Positions 39,840-49,984 of a stretch of 64,000 nt of DNA are shown here, in pieces. The position numbers and the translations under genes are program-made. Each line of letters begins with the position of its first letter. Positions within the stretch are counted from its first letter, which is position 1. Where the stretch lies: contig CAVTRY010000013.1 in the NCBI GenBank assembly GCA_963737265.1, positions 320,001 to 384,000 of the forward strand. The letters run 5' to 3'. The DNA is from an uncultured delta proteobacterium (GTDB lineage: Bacteria; Myxococcota_A; Polyangia; Fen-1088). The notes under the pieces are model-generated. The model had not been told where the DNA came from, made no database searches, and saw nothing but the letters and a program-made list of their open reading frames with translations.

Positions 39840-40583
39840 ATGCTGCTAATGCAAAAACTCGTTCTCGTGGCTTCGACAGGCGCCACGGCGGTTCTTTATC
39901 TGCTCTTGGCCCTGTCGGTGTTCTCAGTTGGCATTGTCGTGGAGCGCTGGTGGTTCTTCAGGAAGCGCAAAATCGATGTCGAGACGGTCGGCGACGAGCT
40001 TGCCAAGCGCTTGCGCGCAAATGATGTAGATGGCGCCAAGCGCGGCCTGGGCGCATTCCGCGCGGTAGAGGCCGAGGTTATGAAGGACGCCCTCGACTAC
40101 TACAAGGATGGTCCCGAGTCACTTCAGGAGATCGTGCAAAAGGGGATTCGCCAACGTCGCAAGATCTTCGAAAGCGGGCTGTTGTTTCTTGGCACCCTCG
40201 GCAGCAACTCGCCCTTCGTCGGTCTATTCGGCACCGTGCTTGGCGTGGTCGCGGCCTTCAAGGAGCTCGGTGCGGCGTCGGCCAACATGGCGGCATCCGG
40301 CGGCGGCATGGGCAACGTCATGGGCGGCATCGCGGAAGCGCTCATCGCGACCGCGGTCGGTATCTTGGTCGCCATTCCGGCCGTCATTGCCTACAACATT
40401 TTTCAGAAGAAGTGCAATGACATCGAAGAGAACACCGGCGCTCTTGCCAATCAGGTTCTGGCCGTCATGAAGGCCAGGCCTGCAAGGCCGGCAAGCAACA
40501 ACAAGACAGGCAAAAAGGTCACGCCGATGGATGATGTCGACGAGCCCGACATGGCCTTGCGTCAGGCAGAGGTAAACAGCTAA
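39840..40583 (+). CDS. exbB: MotA/TolQ/ExbB proton channel protein
   Basis: LGTLGSNSPFVGLFGTVLGV and GIAEALIATAVGILVAIPAVIAYN. Confidence 0.92.
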   Translation: MLLMQKLVLVASTGATAVLYLLLALSVFSVGIVVERWWFFRKRKIDVETVGDELAKRLRANDVDGAKRGLGAFRAVEAEVMKDALDYYKDGPESLQEIVQKGIRQRRKIFESGLLFLGTLGSNSPFVGLFGTVLGVVAAFKELGAASANMAASGGGMGNVMGGIAEALIATAVGILVAIPAVIAYNIFQKKCNDIEENTGALANQVLAVMKARPARPASNNKTGKKVTPMDDVDEPDMALRQAEVNS

Positions 40584-41002
40584 TGGCCGGCGCGGTCACG
40601 GGCTCCGGGCGGGCCAAAACTATTGCGGCCATCAACGTCACGCCGCTCGTCGACGTGGTACTCGTGTTGCTGGTCATTCTGATGGTTGCGTCCACCTACA
40701 TCGTTGCCCAAACCCTGAAAGTGCACCTGCCCAAGGCGCGCATGAGCGATGGCACGGCCGACAAACCGAACACGGTGCAATTGATGAAGAACGGCGATAT
40801 GCGCTGGAACGAGCAGCCGGTGAGCGAGCAGCAATTGGAGGGTCTAATTCGCACCGCGGTTGGCGCCGACTCGGAAATGAGCTTGGTGGTGAGCGCCGAC
40901 AAGGACGCTGCTCACGGTCAGGTCGTGCACATCATGGATCTCGCCAAGGTGGCCGGTGTGACCAAGTTCGCCATCAACGTCATGCAAGTTGGGGGGCCGT
41001 AG
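40583..41002 (+). CDS. exbD: ExbD/TolR protein
   Basis: INVTPLVDVVLVLLVILMV and ADKDAAHGQVVHIMD. Confidence 0.92.
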   Translation: MAGAVTGSGRAKTIAAINVTPLVDVVLVLLVILMVASTYIVAQTLKVHLPKARMSDGTADKPNTVQLMKNGDMRWNEQPVSEQQLEGLIRTAVGADSEMSLVVSADKDAAHGQVVHIMDLAKVAGVTKFAINVMQVGGP

Positions 41003-41048
41003 ACACTGGCGACTGCGCTCGCCGTCTCTTGTGCTGTGAGGTGCTCCT

Positions 41049-41783
41049 GTGAAGAAGGCCACATTTCTTGTTTCGATGATCGTTCACGGCGGCGTTGCCG
41101 TTGCGCTGCTCACGGCCTCGCAGCACCGTGCGTCCGGCAAGAACTTCTTCGTGCAAATGACCGAAGCGAAGAAGAAGGAGCTTGCGGACAAGCCGCACAA
41201 GGCGCCACCACCCAAGCCGAAAGTGGCGAAGGTCGATCGCCCGGCCGAGCACAAGGTCACCGCAGCGCCCAAGGCGGCGCCGATCGAGGCGCCGCAACCG
41301 ACAGCCAAGCTTGCCACGGCGCCGCTGGCGATGGACGTTGCCATGAGCAACGAGGACATCGGCGACGCGGTGGCTATTCCAGTCATGCGGGCACCGCAGG
41401 CCGCGGCGCCCACCAAGGTGGCGTCGATCGATTCCGAGCCCCGTCGCCGCCGCATGCACGATCTTGGACCGGGGGGACCGACCGTCGTCGAAGAACGCTG
41501 TACCGAAGAGCCATCGAAACCAGAGCCGGTGGTCAAGACCGAGATCGAGTACACGGCGGCGGCGCGCGCCGAGGGTATCGAAGGAAAGCTGAAGTTGAAA
41601 GTGGTTGTCGGCGCCGACGGTGCGGTGCTGACAGTGGAAGTTCTGTCGAGCGTGTCCCCGGAGCTCGACGCCGCGGCCATCGCTGCGGTCAAACACTGGC
41701 GTTTTCGACCGGCCATGGCCTGTGGCAAGCCGGTCGCCGGAGGGACCTACGTTCTTGCCCGGCGTTTCGAGCTGGGGGATTGA
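41049..41783 (+). CDS. tonB: Energy transducer TonB
   Basis: N-terminal TM with SxxxH motif; Pro/Lys linker; YTAAAR..GIEG...WRFRPA C-domain. Confidence 0.9.
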   Translation: MKKATFLVSMIVHGGVAVALLTASQHRASGKNFFVQMTEAKKKELADKPHKAPPPKPKVAKVDRPAEHKVTAAPKAAPIEAPQPTAKLATAPLAMDVAMSNEDIGDAVAIPVMRAPQAAAPTKVASIDSEPRRRRMHDLGPGGPTVVEERCTEEPSKPEPVVKTEIEYTAAARAEGIEGKLKLKVVVGADGAVLTVEVLSSVSPELDAAAIAAVKHWRFRPAMACGKPVAGGTYVLARRFELGD

Positions 41784-44432
41784 TTGCGACATTGCCTTAC
41801 CCTGGTGGCGGCCCTCGCGCTCGCATGGATAGCTCCATGTTCGCTGCGTGCTGACGAACCGTCCGCCATTACCAAGCCGCCACACTTGATTCATTTTGTG
41901 CCGGCCGATTATCCCAAGGAGAAGCACGACGCGGGCATTATCGCCAAGGTGTTGCTGTCGATCGAGATTGGCGACGACGGCAAGGTGGGCAATGTGGAGG
42001 TTGTGGAGAGCGGGGGCGCCGATTTCGACGCGGCCGCGGTGGCCGCCGCCCGACAATTCGTCTTCTCGCCCGCCGAAGCGAGCGGGCAATCCATCCCGGT
42101 CAAGATTACCTATCGCTATGACTTCACCATCGTGACCAAGATGGTTGCGGTGGGGCCCCAGGTGAATTTCGACGGCGTCGTTCTCGATCGATTCAAGAAG
42201 GCGCCCCTGGCCAATGTGGTAGTGAAGATCAAGGACTTGGACCTCGCCACCAAGACCGACGACGAGGGCGCGTTCGCCTTTACCGACTTGGCGCCCGGCA
42301 CCTACAAGGTCGAGATTCGCCACCCGCGCCTGGTGACGGTTCTGACCGACGAGACCATTCGTCCTGGCCAGAAACGGACCATGAAGTACTTCGTCGAAGA
42401 ACGAGAAGAGGACGTGGACGAGGAAGTCGTTGTGCGAGCCGCGCGTATCAAGAAAGAGGCGGTGGAGACGCGCATTCGCACCGAAGAAGCGCGCAAGGTG
42501 CCGGGCACGCAGGGGGACACATTGAAGGTGGTGGAGAATCTGCCCGGCGTGGCTCGCGCCAGCTTTGGCTCGGGCCAGATAGTGGTGTGGGGCTCGTCGG
42601 CCCAGGACACTCGGGTGAATGTGGATGGCGTGGAGATTCCCGCCTTGTACCACATGGGCGGTCTGCGCTCGACGGTCAATTCGGACTTGGTGAAGTCGAT
42701 CGATCTGTCGCCCGGAGCGTACAGCGCGGAATACGGACGCGGGCTCGGCGGACTTTTGCGCATCGAACTTTCCCAGGTGCCGACCGCAGGGGTCCACGGC
42801 TACGTCGCTAGTGACATTCTGGACACGTCGGGCGAAGTCTCGGTGGCAGCCACGCCGCGCTTGCGTTTCGCGGTGGCGGGGCGGATGAGCTATCTTGACC
42901 GGCTGCTGCCAGAGGTGACATCGTCCGACATCGGCGACTACTTTCCCATCCCTCGCTACGACGATTACCAAGCGCGCGCGGCGCTGTCCTTGCGCAAGGA
43001 CGAGGAAGTCACCGCCACCTTTCTCGCGTCGGACGATCACTTGCGCAGGGCCATTCCCGCCAGCGACCCCGCCGAAGTGCGCGCGGAAAACGACGACAGC
43101 TCGTTTCGGCGCTTCTTTGTCAGCTACAGTCGGCTGTTCAGCGATGGTTCCAGCGTGCGTGTGACGCCGTCCCTGGGCTACGACACGAGCTCGACACTGC
43201 AAACCTTCGGCGACCAAAGCGCGCAACTGCAAACGAATACCTGGCAGTACGCCGTACGCGCAAATCTGCGGCGCAAGGTGAGCGCCGGGGCGGTCTTGCT
43301 GGTGGGAATGGATGTGGAGGGGCGCGATATCCAGCTTGCGCGCCACGGTTCCGTGAATCAGCCGCCGCGTGAAGGCGACATCGTCGTATTTGGTCAGCGG
43401 CCATCACTTGAAGAGGCTTTTGACAATTGGAAGGTCAATATCCTCAGCGTTGCCAGTTATGCCGTCCTCGATGTGAAGTTGGGCCAGTGGACACTGACTC
43501 CGGGTCTTCGCTTCGAACCGACGCAAGTCGAAGGAGATCATAGACTGCCGTTCAGTACTATTTCGGCCCCGGTCGGCTACGCACACTTCGACGTTCCCCA
43601 GAACCCCATCGGCATTCCAGTCGTGCGCTACCTGCCCAATCCACGCTTGCAGGTGTCGTGGCACGCCCTGCCTCGCCTCGTCCTGACGAGCGGCGCGGGC
43701 GTGTACGGTCAGCCGCCGGCGCCCGAAGATATGTCGCCGGTATTTGGCAACCCGTCGATTACACAATCGCGGGCCGTTCACCTGACCGCCGGATTTTCGG
43801 TCAAGGTGCGCCCGACCCTGACCTTGGAATCCGTGGCTTTCTACAAGAAGCTGTACGACATCGTCTCGCGCAGCGCCGACCCGTCGCCTCCGGTCGCGCA
43901 GGCACTCACCCAAGACGGCAGCGGTCGCGTGCGCGGCGTGCAGGTGCTGCTGCGCCAGGAGCTGGTCAGGGGCTTCTTCGGTTGGATGACCTACACGCTG
44001 TCGCGCAGCGAACGGCGCGACCATCCCGACCTCGGCTACCGCCTGTTCGATCAAGACCAGACGCATGTATTCGCCGTGCTCGCAAGCTACGACTTCGGGA
44101 AGGGCTTCGAGGTGGGGGGCCGCTTTCGCTATGCCACCGGGATGCCGCGCACGCCGGTCACCGGCAGCTATCTCGACGGCCTGACCGGCAACTACGAGCC
44201 CATCTTCGGGGCGCAGAACTCCATTCGCATTCCGGCCTTCTATCAGCTGGACGCGCGCGCCGAGAAAAGCTTCGTCATGCGCAGGGCGAAATTGAGCGTA
44301 TCGGTCGACGTTCAGAACATAACCAACCGCAAGAATTCCGAGGAGATCGTCTATAACGAGAACTACACGCAGAAGAGCTACATCATTGGATTGCCCATCC
44401 TGGCGGTGGCCGGCGCGCGGTTGGAGTTCTAG
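41784..44432 (+). CDS. TonB-dependent receptor with N-terminal TonB_C domain (module 2)
   Basis: Colinear paralog of 30588-33260; C-terminal GARLEF. Confidence 0.9.
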   Translation: MRHCLTLVAALALAWIAPCSLRADEPSAITKPPHLIHFVPADYPKEKHDAGIIAKVLLSIEIGDDGKVGNVEVVESGGADFDAAAVAAARQFVFSPAEASGQSIPVKITYRYDFTIVTKMVAVGPQVNFDGVVLDRFKKAPLANVVVKIKDLDLATKTDDEGAFAFTDLAPGTYKVEIRHPRLVTVLTDETIRPGQKRTMKYFVEEREEDVDEEVVVRAARIKKEAVETRIRTEEARKVPGTQGDTLKVVENLPGVARASFGSGQIVVWGSSAQDTRVNVDGVEIPALYHMGGLRSTVNSDLVKSIDLSPGAYSAEYGRGLGGLLRIELSQVPTAGVHGYVASDILDTSGEVSVAATPRLRFAVAGRMSYLDRLLPEVTSSDIGDYFPIPRYDDYQARAALSLRKDEEVTATFLASDDHLRRAIPASDPAEVRAENDDSSFRRFFVSYSRLFSDGSSVRVTPSLGYDTSSTLQTFGDQSAQLQTNTWQYAVRANLRRKVSAGAVLLVGMDVEGRDIQLARHGSVNQPPREGDIVVFGQRPSLEEAFDNWKVNILSVASYAVLDVKLGQWTLTPGLRFEPTQVEGDHRLPFSTISAPVGYAHFDVPQNPIGIPVVRYLPNPRLQVSWHALPRLVLTSGAGVYGQPPAPEDMSPVFGNPSITQSRAVHLTAGFSVKVRPTLTLESVAFYKKLYDIVSRSADPSPPVAQALTQDGSGRVRGVQVLLRQELVRGFFGWMTYTLSRSERRDHPDLGYRLFDQDQTHVFAVLASYDFGKGFEVGGRFRYATGMPRTPVTGSYLDGLTGNYEPIFGAQNSIRIPAFYQLDARAEKSFVMRRAKLSVSVDVQNITNRKNSEEIVYNENYTQKSYIIGLPILAVAGARLEF

Positions 44433-44441
44433 GATCCCGCA

Positions 44442-45401
44442 ATGGCATTGAAGGACCAACATCGACTCTTCGCCTTCGCACTTTGCGTGCTGCCGATGGC
44501 GTGCAAACCGACCGTGGGCCAGCCGCCGTATCTCATCACCGACTTCACCTTGCTTGCGGTGCGCGGCGATCCGCCCGAGGCCCTACCGGGCGCTAACGTG
44601 ACCTATAGCTTCCTCCTCGCCTCGCCGGTCGATGGGACAGTCAGCAACGCGGACGCGACCTGGGATGTGTGCATGACACCGAAGCCACCCGCGGTCAGCA
44701 ACTCGGTGTCGAGCACATGCACCCAAAACCCGGATCCCGCGACCATCACCGCCGGCCAGACCTTCGCATCGGCAATTCCCACCACGGCGTGCTCGCTGTT
44801 TGGCCCGGTCGCGCCGCCGCCCGTTGCCGGCCAGCCGCCCGTGGCTCCCCGCAATCCCGACAGCACGGGCGGTTACTATCTGCCCGTTCGCTTGCGTGTG
44901 AACACGGCGAGCGCCGAGGAGCTGTCCGGCTTTGCCTTCGAGAGGATCCAGTGCAACCTCGCCAGCGCCCCAGTCAGCGCGATTCAAGCCTACAACAGCC
45001 AATACACACCCAACCATCCTCCGGGCATCGACCACACCGACCTTGTAGATGCCGCGGGCAATAGGCTTTCTCTCGACTCCGGGACGCAAAACGCAGCCAT
45101 TGGATCGGTGCTCAGTGTTGAGGCGACCTTCGCGGCCGGAGCGGCCGAGACCTTTCCGGTGTACGACCAGCAAAGCGAAGCCTTGGTGAATCAGCAAGAA
45201 AGCCTGCACATGTCGTGGTTCGTGACAGGCGGGACATTCGAGCACGACCGCACCGGCGTGGCAGCCGGCCAGACCGCCTCGTCAACCAGCAACCAATGGA
45301 CCGCGCCGGCGCAAAATGGCACGATTTATCTCTGGTTGGTTCTGCGCGACTCGCGCGGCGGCGTGGACTACAAGAGCTACCAGATTCAAGTTGGGTCCTA
45401 G
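44442..45401 (+). CDS. Receptor-associated lipoprotein (module 2)
   Basis: Lipobox PMAC; paralog of 33260-34279. Confidence 0.75.
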   Translation: MALKDQHRLFAFALCVLPMACKPTVGQPPYLITDFTLLAVRGDPPEALPGANVTYSFLLASPVDGTVSNADATWDVCMTPKPPAVSNSVSSTCTQNPDPATITAGQTFASAIPTTACSLFGPVAPPPVAGQPPVAPRNPDSTGGYYLPVRLRVNTASAEELSGFAFERIQCNLASAPVSAIQAYNSQYTPNHPPGIDHTDLVDAAGNRLSLDSGTQNAAIGSVLSVEATFAAGAAETFPVYDQQSEALVNQQESLHMSWFVTGGTFEHDRTGVAAGQTASSTSNQWTAPAQNGTIYLWLVLRDSRGGVDYKSYQIQVGS

Positions 45402-45565
45402 CAGCCCGTGGTGAAAGTCGGACCGAGCCGTTCGGAGTGGATTTGGGCCGGATGCAAGGAGCAGCGAAGCGCCGAATACTAGAGGTATTCAAGCGAGCGG
45501 CGACGCAGCAGACGGCCCAAATCCGCCCGAACAACGACGTGGAGACTTTTACCACGGGCTGCTAG
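45398..45565. mobile_element. MITE-like element, copy 2 (168 bp), CTAG-bounded
   Basis: 22-bp terminal inverted repeats with one mismatch (CTAGCAGCCCGTGGTGAAAGTC / GACTTTTACCACGGGCTGCTAG); central GAATAC-N5-GTATTC hairpin. Confidence 0.8.
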
Positions 45566-45575
45566 ACTAGCCTGG

Positions 45576-47177
45576 CTAGTAGTAAAGCTCGGCACTCGCA
45601 AGGCTGGCGGTACCAGTGTAGCCGCCGACAACGATGACCCTACCGTTGGGCAACAACGTTGCCGTTGGCCATGCCCTTGCCGTCGTTAAGCTGTTGGTGG
45701 GTGCGAATGTCCTGGCGACCGGGTCGTAGATCTCCACGCTCGCGAGAGCGTTGGGGCCATAGCCGCCGGCGATGAACACCGAGCCGCTCGACAGTGCAGT
45801 GATGCCGTAGCATTGCCTTGCTGCGGTCATGTTCCCGGTGACGGTGAAGGTTTCCGCCGCAGGATCATATAGCTCCGCGCTCGCGGTGTACCCGCCGGCA
45901 ACGAGCACCTTGCCGCCGGGCAACAAGGTCGCTCCGTGCCACATCCGTGATGTCGACATGCGGCCCGTGGCTGTGAAGGTTCCCGTTGTCGAATTGTACA
46001 GCTCCGCGCTCGCGAGTACGTCAGCGATCAATGCTCCGCTGTCGGGATGTACCATGAAGGCGCCACCCGCGATCAGTACCGACCCAGTGGACAACAAGGT
46101 CGCTGTGTGCGATTCCCTGGCCGCGGTCATGTTTCCAGTGGCTGTGAATGTCCCTGCCGCTGGGTCGTATAGCTCCGCGCTCGCAAGCGTAGTTTGCGCG
46201 GTCGCAAGGGCGCTGGTTTTATAGACGCCCCCAGCGATGAGAACTTTTCCGCTGGGCAACAGGGTAGCCGTATGCGATGTCCTGGCCGAGCTCATGCCTC
46301 CGGTGGCTGTGAATGTCCCTGCCGCTGGGTCGTATAGCTCAGCGCTCGCAACAGGCCCATCTCCACTCCATCCGCCGGTGACAAGGACCTTGCCGTTCTG
46401 CAGAAGCGTTGCCGTGTGCAATTCCCTTGCAACAGACATGCTGCCGGTGAATGCGAATGTCCCAGCCGCAGGGTCGTATAGCTCTGCAGTTGCTGTGACG
46501 TCCCCGCCAATGATGATAACCTTGCCGTTCGGCAATAGCGTTGCTGTGTGTTCGCTTCTTGCCACGGCCATGCTGCCAGTCGGCGCGACAGGTCCTTGAC
46601 CGCCAGCTGCTGTCGAGCCTGCGGTAGCGGTGGCCGTGCCGCCGGTGGAGCTCGCGGTGCCGCCGGTGGAACCGGCCTTGCCACCGGTAGAGACCGTCGT
46701 GGCACCGCCATTGCCTCCCGCGGAGCCATCAACGACACCGACGTTGCCGCCCGCGCTGTCCAATGCGCTAGCGTCTCTCGTGCCTGCGTAACCGCCAGTG
46801 CCTCCGTGACCGCCAAACCCTCCGCCGAAACCGGTTGGGATGGCTCCCCCGCTGCCGACGATTCCCCCGCTTCCGAACATGCCGCCAGTGCTGACTGCGC
46901 CGCCATAACTTGTCGCACCCCCGGAAGCACCCATCCCGCCTGTGCCGCCTGCGCCCGCCACATCTATCCCGCCATCATCGATCGTTCCACCTGAAGCGAC
47001 CGTTCCGTCGGCAACGAGCACGCCGTTGCTTTCTTCCGAAGCGCTGTCACCTGCGATTTGGTTTCCGCCATCAGCCGCGGATCCGTCCGTGTTCGTACCC
47101 ATCTTCAGCTTGGGATACAGACAACCCGCCGCCAGCGCGACAATCGGAAGCCAACTCAATCTGAGTCTTCGGCGCAT
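45576..47177 (-). CDS. Kelch-repeat lipoprotein
   Basis: Seven repeats of AR..HTATLL.NGKVL..GG...SAELYDP; lipobox AAGC. Confidence 0.92.
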   Translation of the reverse strand: MRRRLRLSWLPIVALAAGCLYPKLKMGTNTDGSAADGGNQIAGDSASEESNGVLVADGTVASGGTIDDGGIDVAGAGGTGGMGASGGATSYGGAVSTGGMFGSGGIVGSGGAIPTGFGGGFGGHGGTGGYAGTRDASALDSAGGNVGVVDGSAGGNGGATTVSTGGKAGSTGGTASSTGGTATATAGSTAAGGQGPVAPTGSMAVARSEHTATLLPNGKVIIIGGDVTATAELYDPAAGTFAFTGSMSVARELHTATLLQNGKVLVTGGWSGDGPVASAELYDPAAGTFTATGGMSSARTSHTATLLPSGKVLIAGGVYKTSALATAQTTLASAELYDPAAGTFTATGNMTAARESHTATLLSTGSVLIAGGAFMVHPDSGALIADVLASAELYNSTTGTFTATGRMSTSRMWHGATLLPGGKVLVAGGYTASAELYDPAAETFTVTGNMTAARQCYGITALSSGSVFIAGGYGPNALASVEIYDPVARTFAPTNSLTTARAWPTATLLPNGRVIVVGGYTGTASLASAELYY

Positions 47178-47207
47178 TAGCGTCGCCTCCGCGGAGGGTT
47201 CGTTCGC

Positions 47208-48273
47208 TCAGAATGCACCTTGGACACCCGCCGAACTGGGCCCAAGCCAGAGAGCCATTTGGGCCTCCCGCTCCTGTTTTGGAGTCCAAGATAGCAACGT
47301 CACGCCCACGGCAGTACCGACTCCGCCAACGATGAACCCCGTTACCGAGAGGTCGCGCATGAGATTGTATCGGTTGACCGAGCTGCTACCGACCCTGGCT
47401 GGATCGCAGGTCTGGCTCGGGCAATTGCTCCGTAGACCCGAGCTCGAACATGACATCGATTCCCGTCGCCATCCCGGTAAGCAAGCTCACTGCCCCGACA
47501 CCAACCGCAACCCAGCCCCACCTTCGTCGGCTTTGGCCAATCGGCGGGATCGGCTGCGCCAAGGTTAAGGCGCGGGTAGACGCCGCCGACAATCCATCGC
47601 GAGGTTCTTCCGCCGGCAACTCTGGGCGTGCCGATTCTAGCTTCGCCCTCACGATTGCTGCCGGCTGATGGGCGTGCGCGACCGTCGCTGTGGCTGCGTC
47701 GAACCTCAGCACTGCCTCCTGGCGTTCACCCTCGGCGAGATCGATTACGCGCTCCGCGGTCTGCGCGCCCTGCCTACCCACAACGCGCCGCCGGCCGGGA
47801 TCGACAGGGAGATCGACCCCGAGCAACACCGTCGCGATCGCGAGGTCATCCATCGTCAGTTCGATGTCGCTCGCCGCAGCGCCTTCGATGCGAATGCGCA
47901 GCCTTGGTATTCTAGCTTGCAAGTCGCCGAGCTCTCTTGCTGCATCCGCCTGGGCCTGTTGCTGGGCGCCCGCCACCCAGAGGTCATTGGGCGCGAGTAG
48001 GGTAGCTTGCCGGTACATTTCGGACGCCGCAACCAGTTGACCGCGCTTGACCAAGGTCCGCGCTACCCAAACTGCCAGCATCGGCACTTTTGCGATCTCG
48101 AAAGCCCGTTCAAATCCGCGGCCCGCCTCTTCGTAGTTGCCGGCATCGAGGTTGCGTTTGGCCTCATTCGCCAGATCGCGTGCGGCCCCTTTGGCACTGT
48201 CATCGGTGGCCCAAGCCGGCCCAGCCCCAGCGACGAGCAACCCGACGACGGCCCAAACAACTTTGCAATTCAT
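47208..48273 (-). CDS. TPR/PEGA-like membrane protein, frameshifted near 47450
   Basis: ORF 47386-48273 (TPR, VDPG PEGA-like, TM) continues in ORF 47208-47456, which ends in the typical LGPSSAGVQGAF tail. Confidence 0.7.
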
Positions 48274-48299
48274 CGGTGGCTACGCCTTTCATCGATTAT

Positions 48300-49739
48300 C
48301 TAGAAACCCGTGACGTCTTCCGGCTTTTGCCGCGTGGATTGCGCCGGCGCGCGGGCCAACGGATTGGACGCGGCTGTGGCGCGCTGGCGCGCCGAGGTGG
48401 GTGTTCGCGGGTTTACGTGATGACGGTTCGTTGGCGGCGCCGCTGCGGCGAGGGTTGCCGAGTTCGTGGCAGGCTTCGCCCGCGCTACCGCGGATGGCGT
48501 CGTTTCACCTTCGGTTCCGAGGACAGGCGCCAGCGGATCCGCATTCCGCACCTGTGCTCGCCCAGCCGGTTCGACCGGACCGGCACCTGCGGTGGCAAAG
48601 CCGCTGGACGGACCACGGGTTTCTCCGGGCGCAGAGTCGCGGCTCGGCCTCGACCCCGCAAAGAGCACGAGACTCGCAGCAATCGCTCCCCCGAGGGACA
48701 ACAACGCCCACCGACGTGGTCGCGTGGCCGGCGAAAGTGCCACCGTGAGATCCGCCAGCGCAAGCTCGCCCGTCGCTCGGGAAAATGTGGTGCCCCCCGC
48801 GAGGGTTGCGGTTCGCTTTACGGCTACGGCGCGTCTTATCCCTCCAGCGGGCCGTCGCGCGGAGTGGGCCGAGACCAATGGTTCGGCCTCACCCCGCAGC
48901 GCCCGCAGAAACGATGCAATGCTGTCGAAGCGGTCGTCGCGCGTCCGCGCCAGGGCGCGCGCGATGGCGGCCTCCACATGAGCGGGCACGTTGCCGGCCA
49001 ACGCGCGCAAGGGTCGGGGAGTGTCGGTCAGATGCATCACCAGCAGCGCTGTTCCGGTAGCCGCCACAAACGGTGTCTGTCCCGCCAGCATCTCGTAAAT
49101 GATGGTCGCGAACGAGTAGATGTCCGAGCGCAAATCCACATTCGAGCTGTCCGTGCACTGCTCGGGGGACATGTACGCGGGGCTCCCCATGACGAGTCCG
49201 GCTTGCGTTCGACGCGTCCCGCCCGTTTTGCTGCCGTGCTTTATCTTGGCAATTCCAAAGTCCAGAATTTTCACGCGCTCGCCGCAAGGCAAGCTTGGGT
49301 CGGTCACCAGGAACAAGTTCTCGGGCTTGAGATCGCGGTGTACGATTCCGGCTGCATGGGCCGCGGCCAGCGCCGAACCTGCCTGGCCCGCAATTTCAAG
49401 CGCATCCGAGACGGCGAGCCGGACCCGCTCGGCCAGGCGCGTCTGCAAGGACACGCCTTCGAGAAATTCCATGAGGATGTAAGGCGCGCCTTCGGGCGTC
49501 GCGCCAGCGTCGAAGACTTCAATGATGTTGGGATGATGGATGGCACTGGCGGCTCGTGCTTCGTTGAGAAATCGCCGAACCAATTCTGCATCCTGTGCCA
49601 GCGCGGGATGCAGGACCTTGACGACCGCGTGGCGTTCGATGAGCGAATTTTCCGCCAGGTAGACCTCGCCAAAGCCGCCTTCGCCGATAAGCCGAACGAT
49701 GCGGTAGTTACCGAAGAGTTGGCCTGCCTGTAATGTCAT
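48300..49739 (-). CDS. Hanks-type Ser/Thr protein kinase with TM segment
   Basis: GEGGFG, VVK, HRDLKPEN, DFG, GSPAYMSPE all intact. Confidence 0.95.
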   Translation of the reverse strand: MTLQAGQLFGNYRIVRLIGEGGFGEVYLAENSLIERHAVVKVLHPALAQDAELVRRFLNEARAASAIHHPNIIEVFDAGATPEGAPYILMEFLEGVSLQTRLAERVRLAVSDALEIAGQAGSALAAAHAAGIVHRDLKPENLFLVTDPSLPCGERVKILDFGIAKIKHGSKTGGTRRTQAGLVMGSPAYMSPEQCTDSSNVDLRSDIYSFATIIYEMLAGQTPFVAATGTALLVMHLTDTPRPLRALAGNVPAHVEAAIARALARTRDDRFDSIASFLRALRGEAEPLVSAHSARRPAGGIRRAVAVKRTATLAGGTTFSRATGELALADLTVALSPATRPRRWALLSLGGAIAASLVLFAGSRPSRDSAPGETRGPSSGFATAGAGPVEPAGRAQVRNADPLAPVLGTEGETTPSAVARAKPATNSATLAAAAPPTNRHHVNPRTPTSARQRATAASNPLARAPAQSTRQKPEDVTGF

Positions 49740-49984
49740 GATGATAGGCGCCTACCTCGGGCTCGCCAAAACGAGTCACGATGACCTTGCTATCGACAAG
49801 TCACGTTACAGGCTTGAATCGAACGCGGGCGTCGTAGCTAAGGTCGCTCGACCCGCGTCACGCGGGCGCCCGCGACTACGTCATCGGCGTTGGCATGCTA
49901 TGCTGACGACGTGCTGTCCGGCGCGGAGCAGCATTCATCCCATCGAGGCTGGGCCGGACCCCACTGTGTCAGCCAGGCGTGGGC

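Noticed and set aside
30606-43346. Long antisense ORFs (e.g. 30606-32609, 40980-43346; also 2280-3773, 59950-61815)
   Set aside because: Shadow ORFs of high-GC coding genes, with no recognisable motifs
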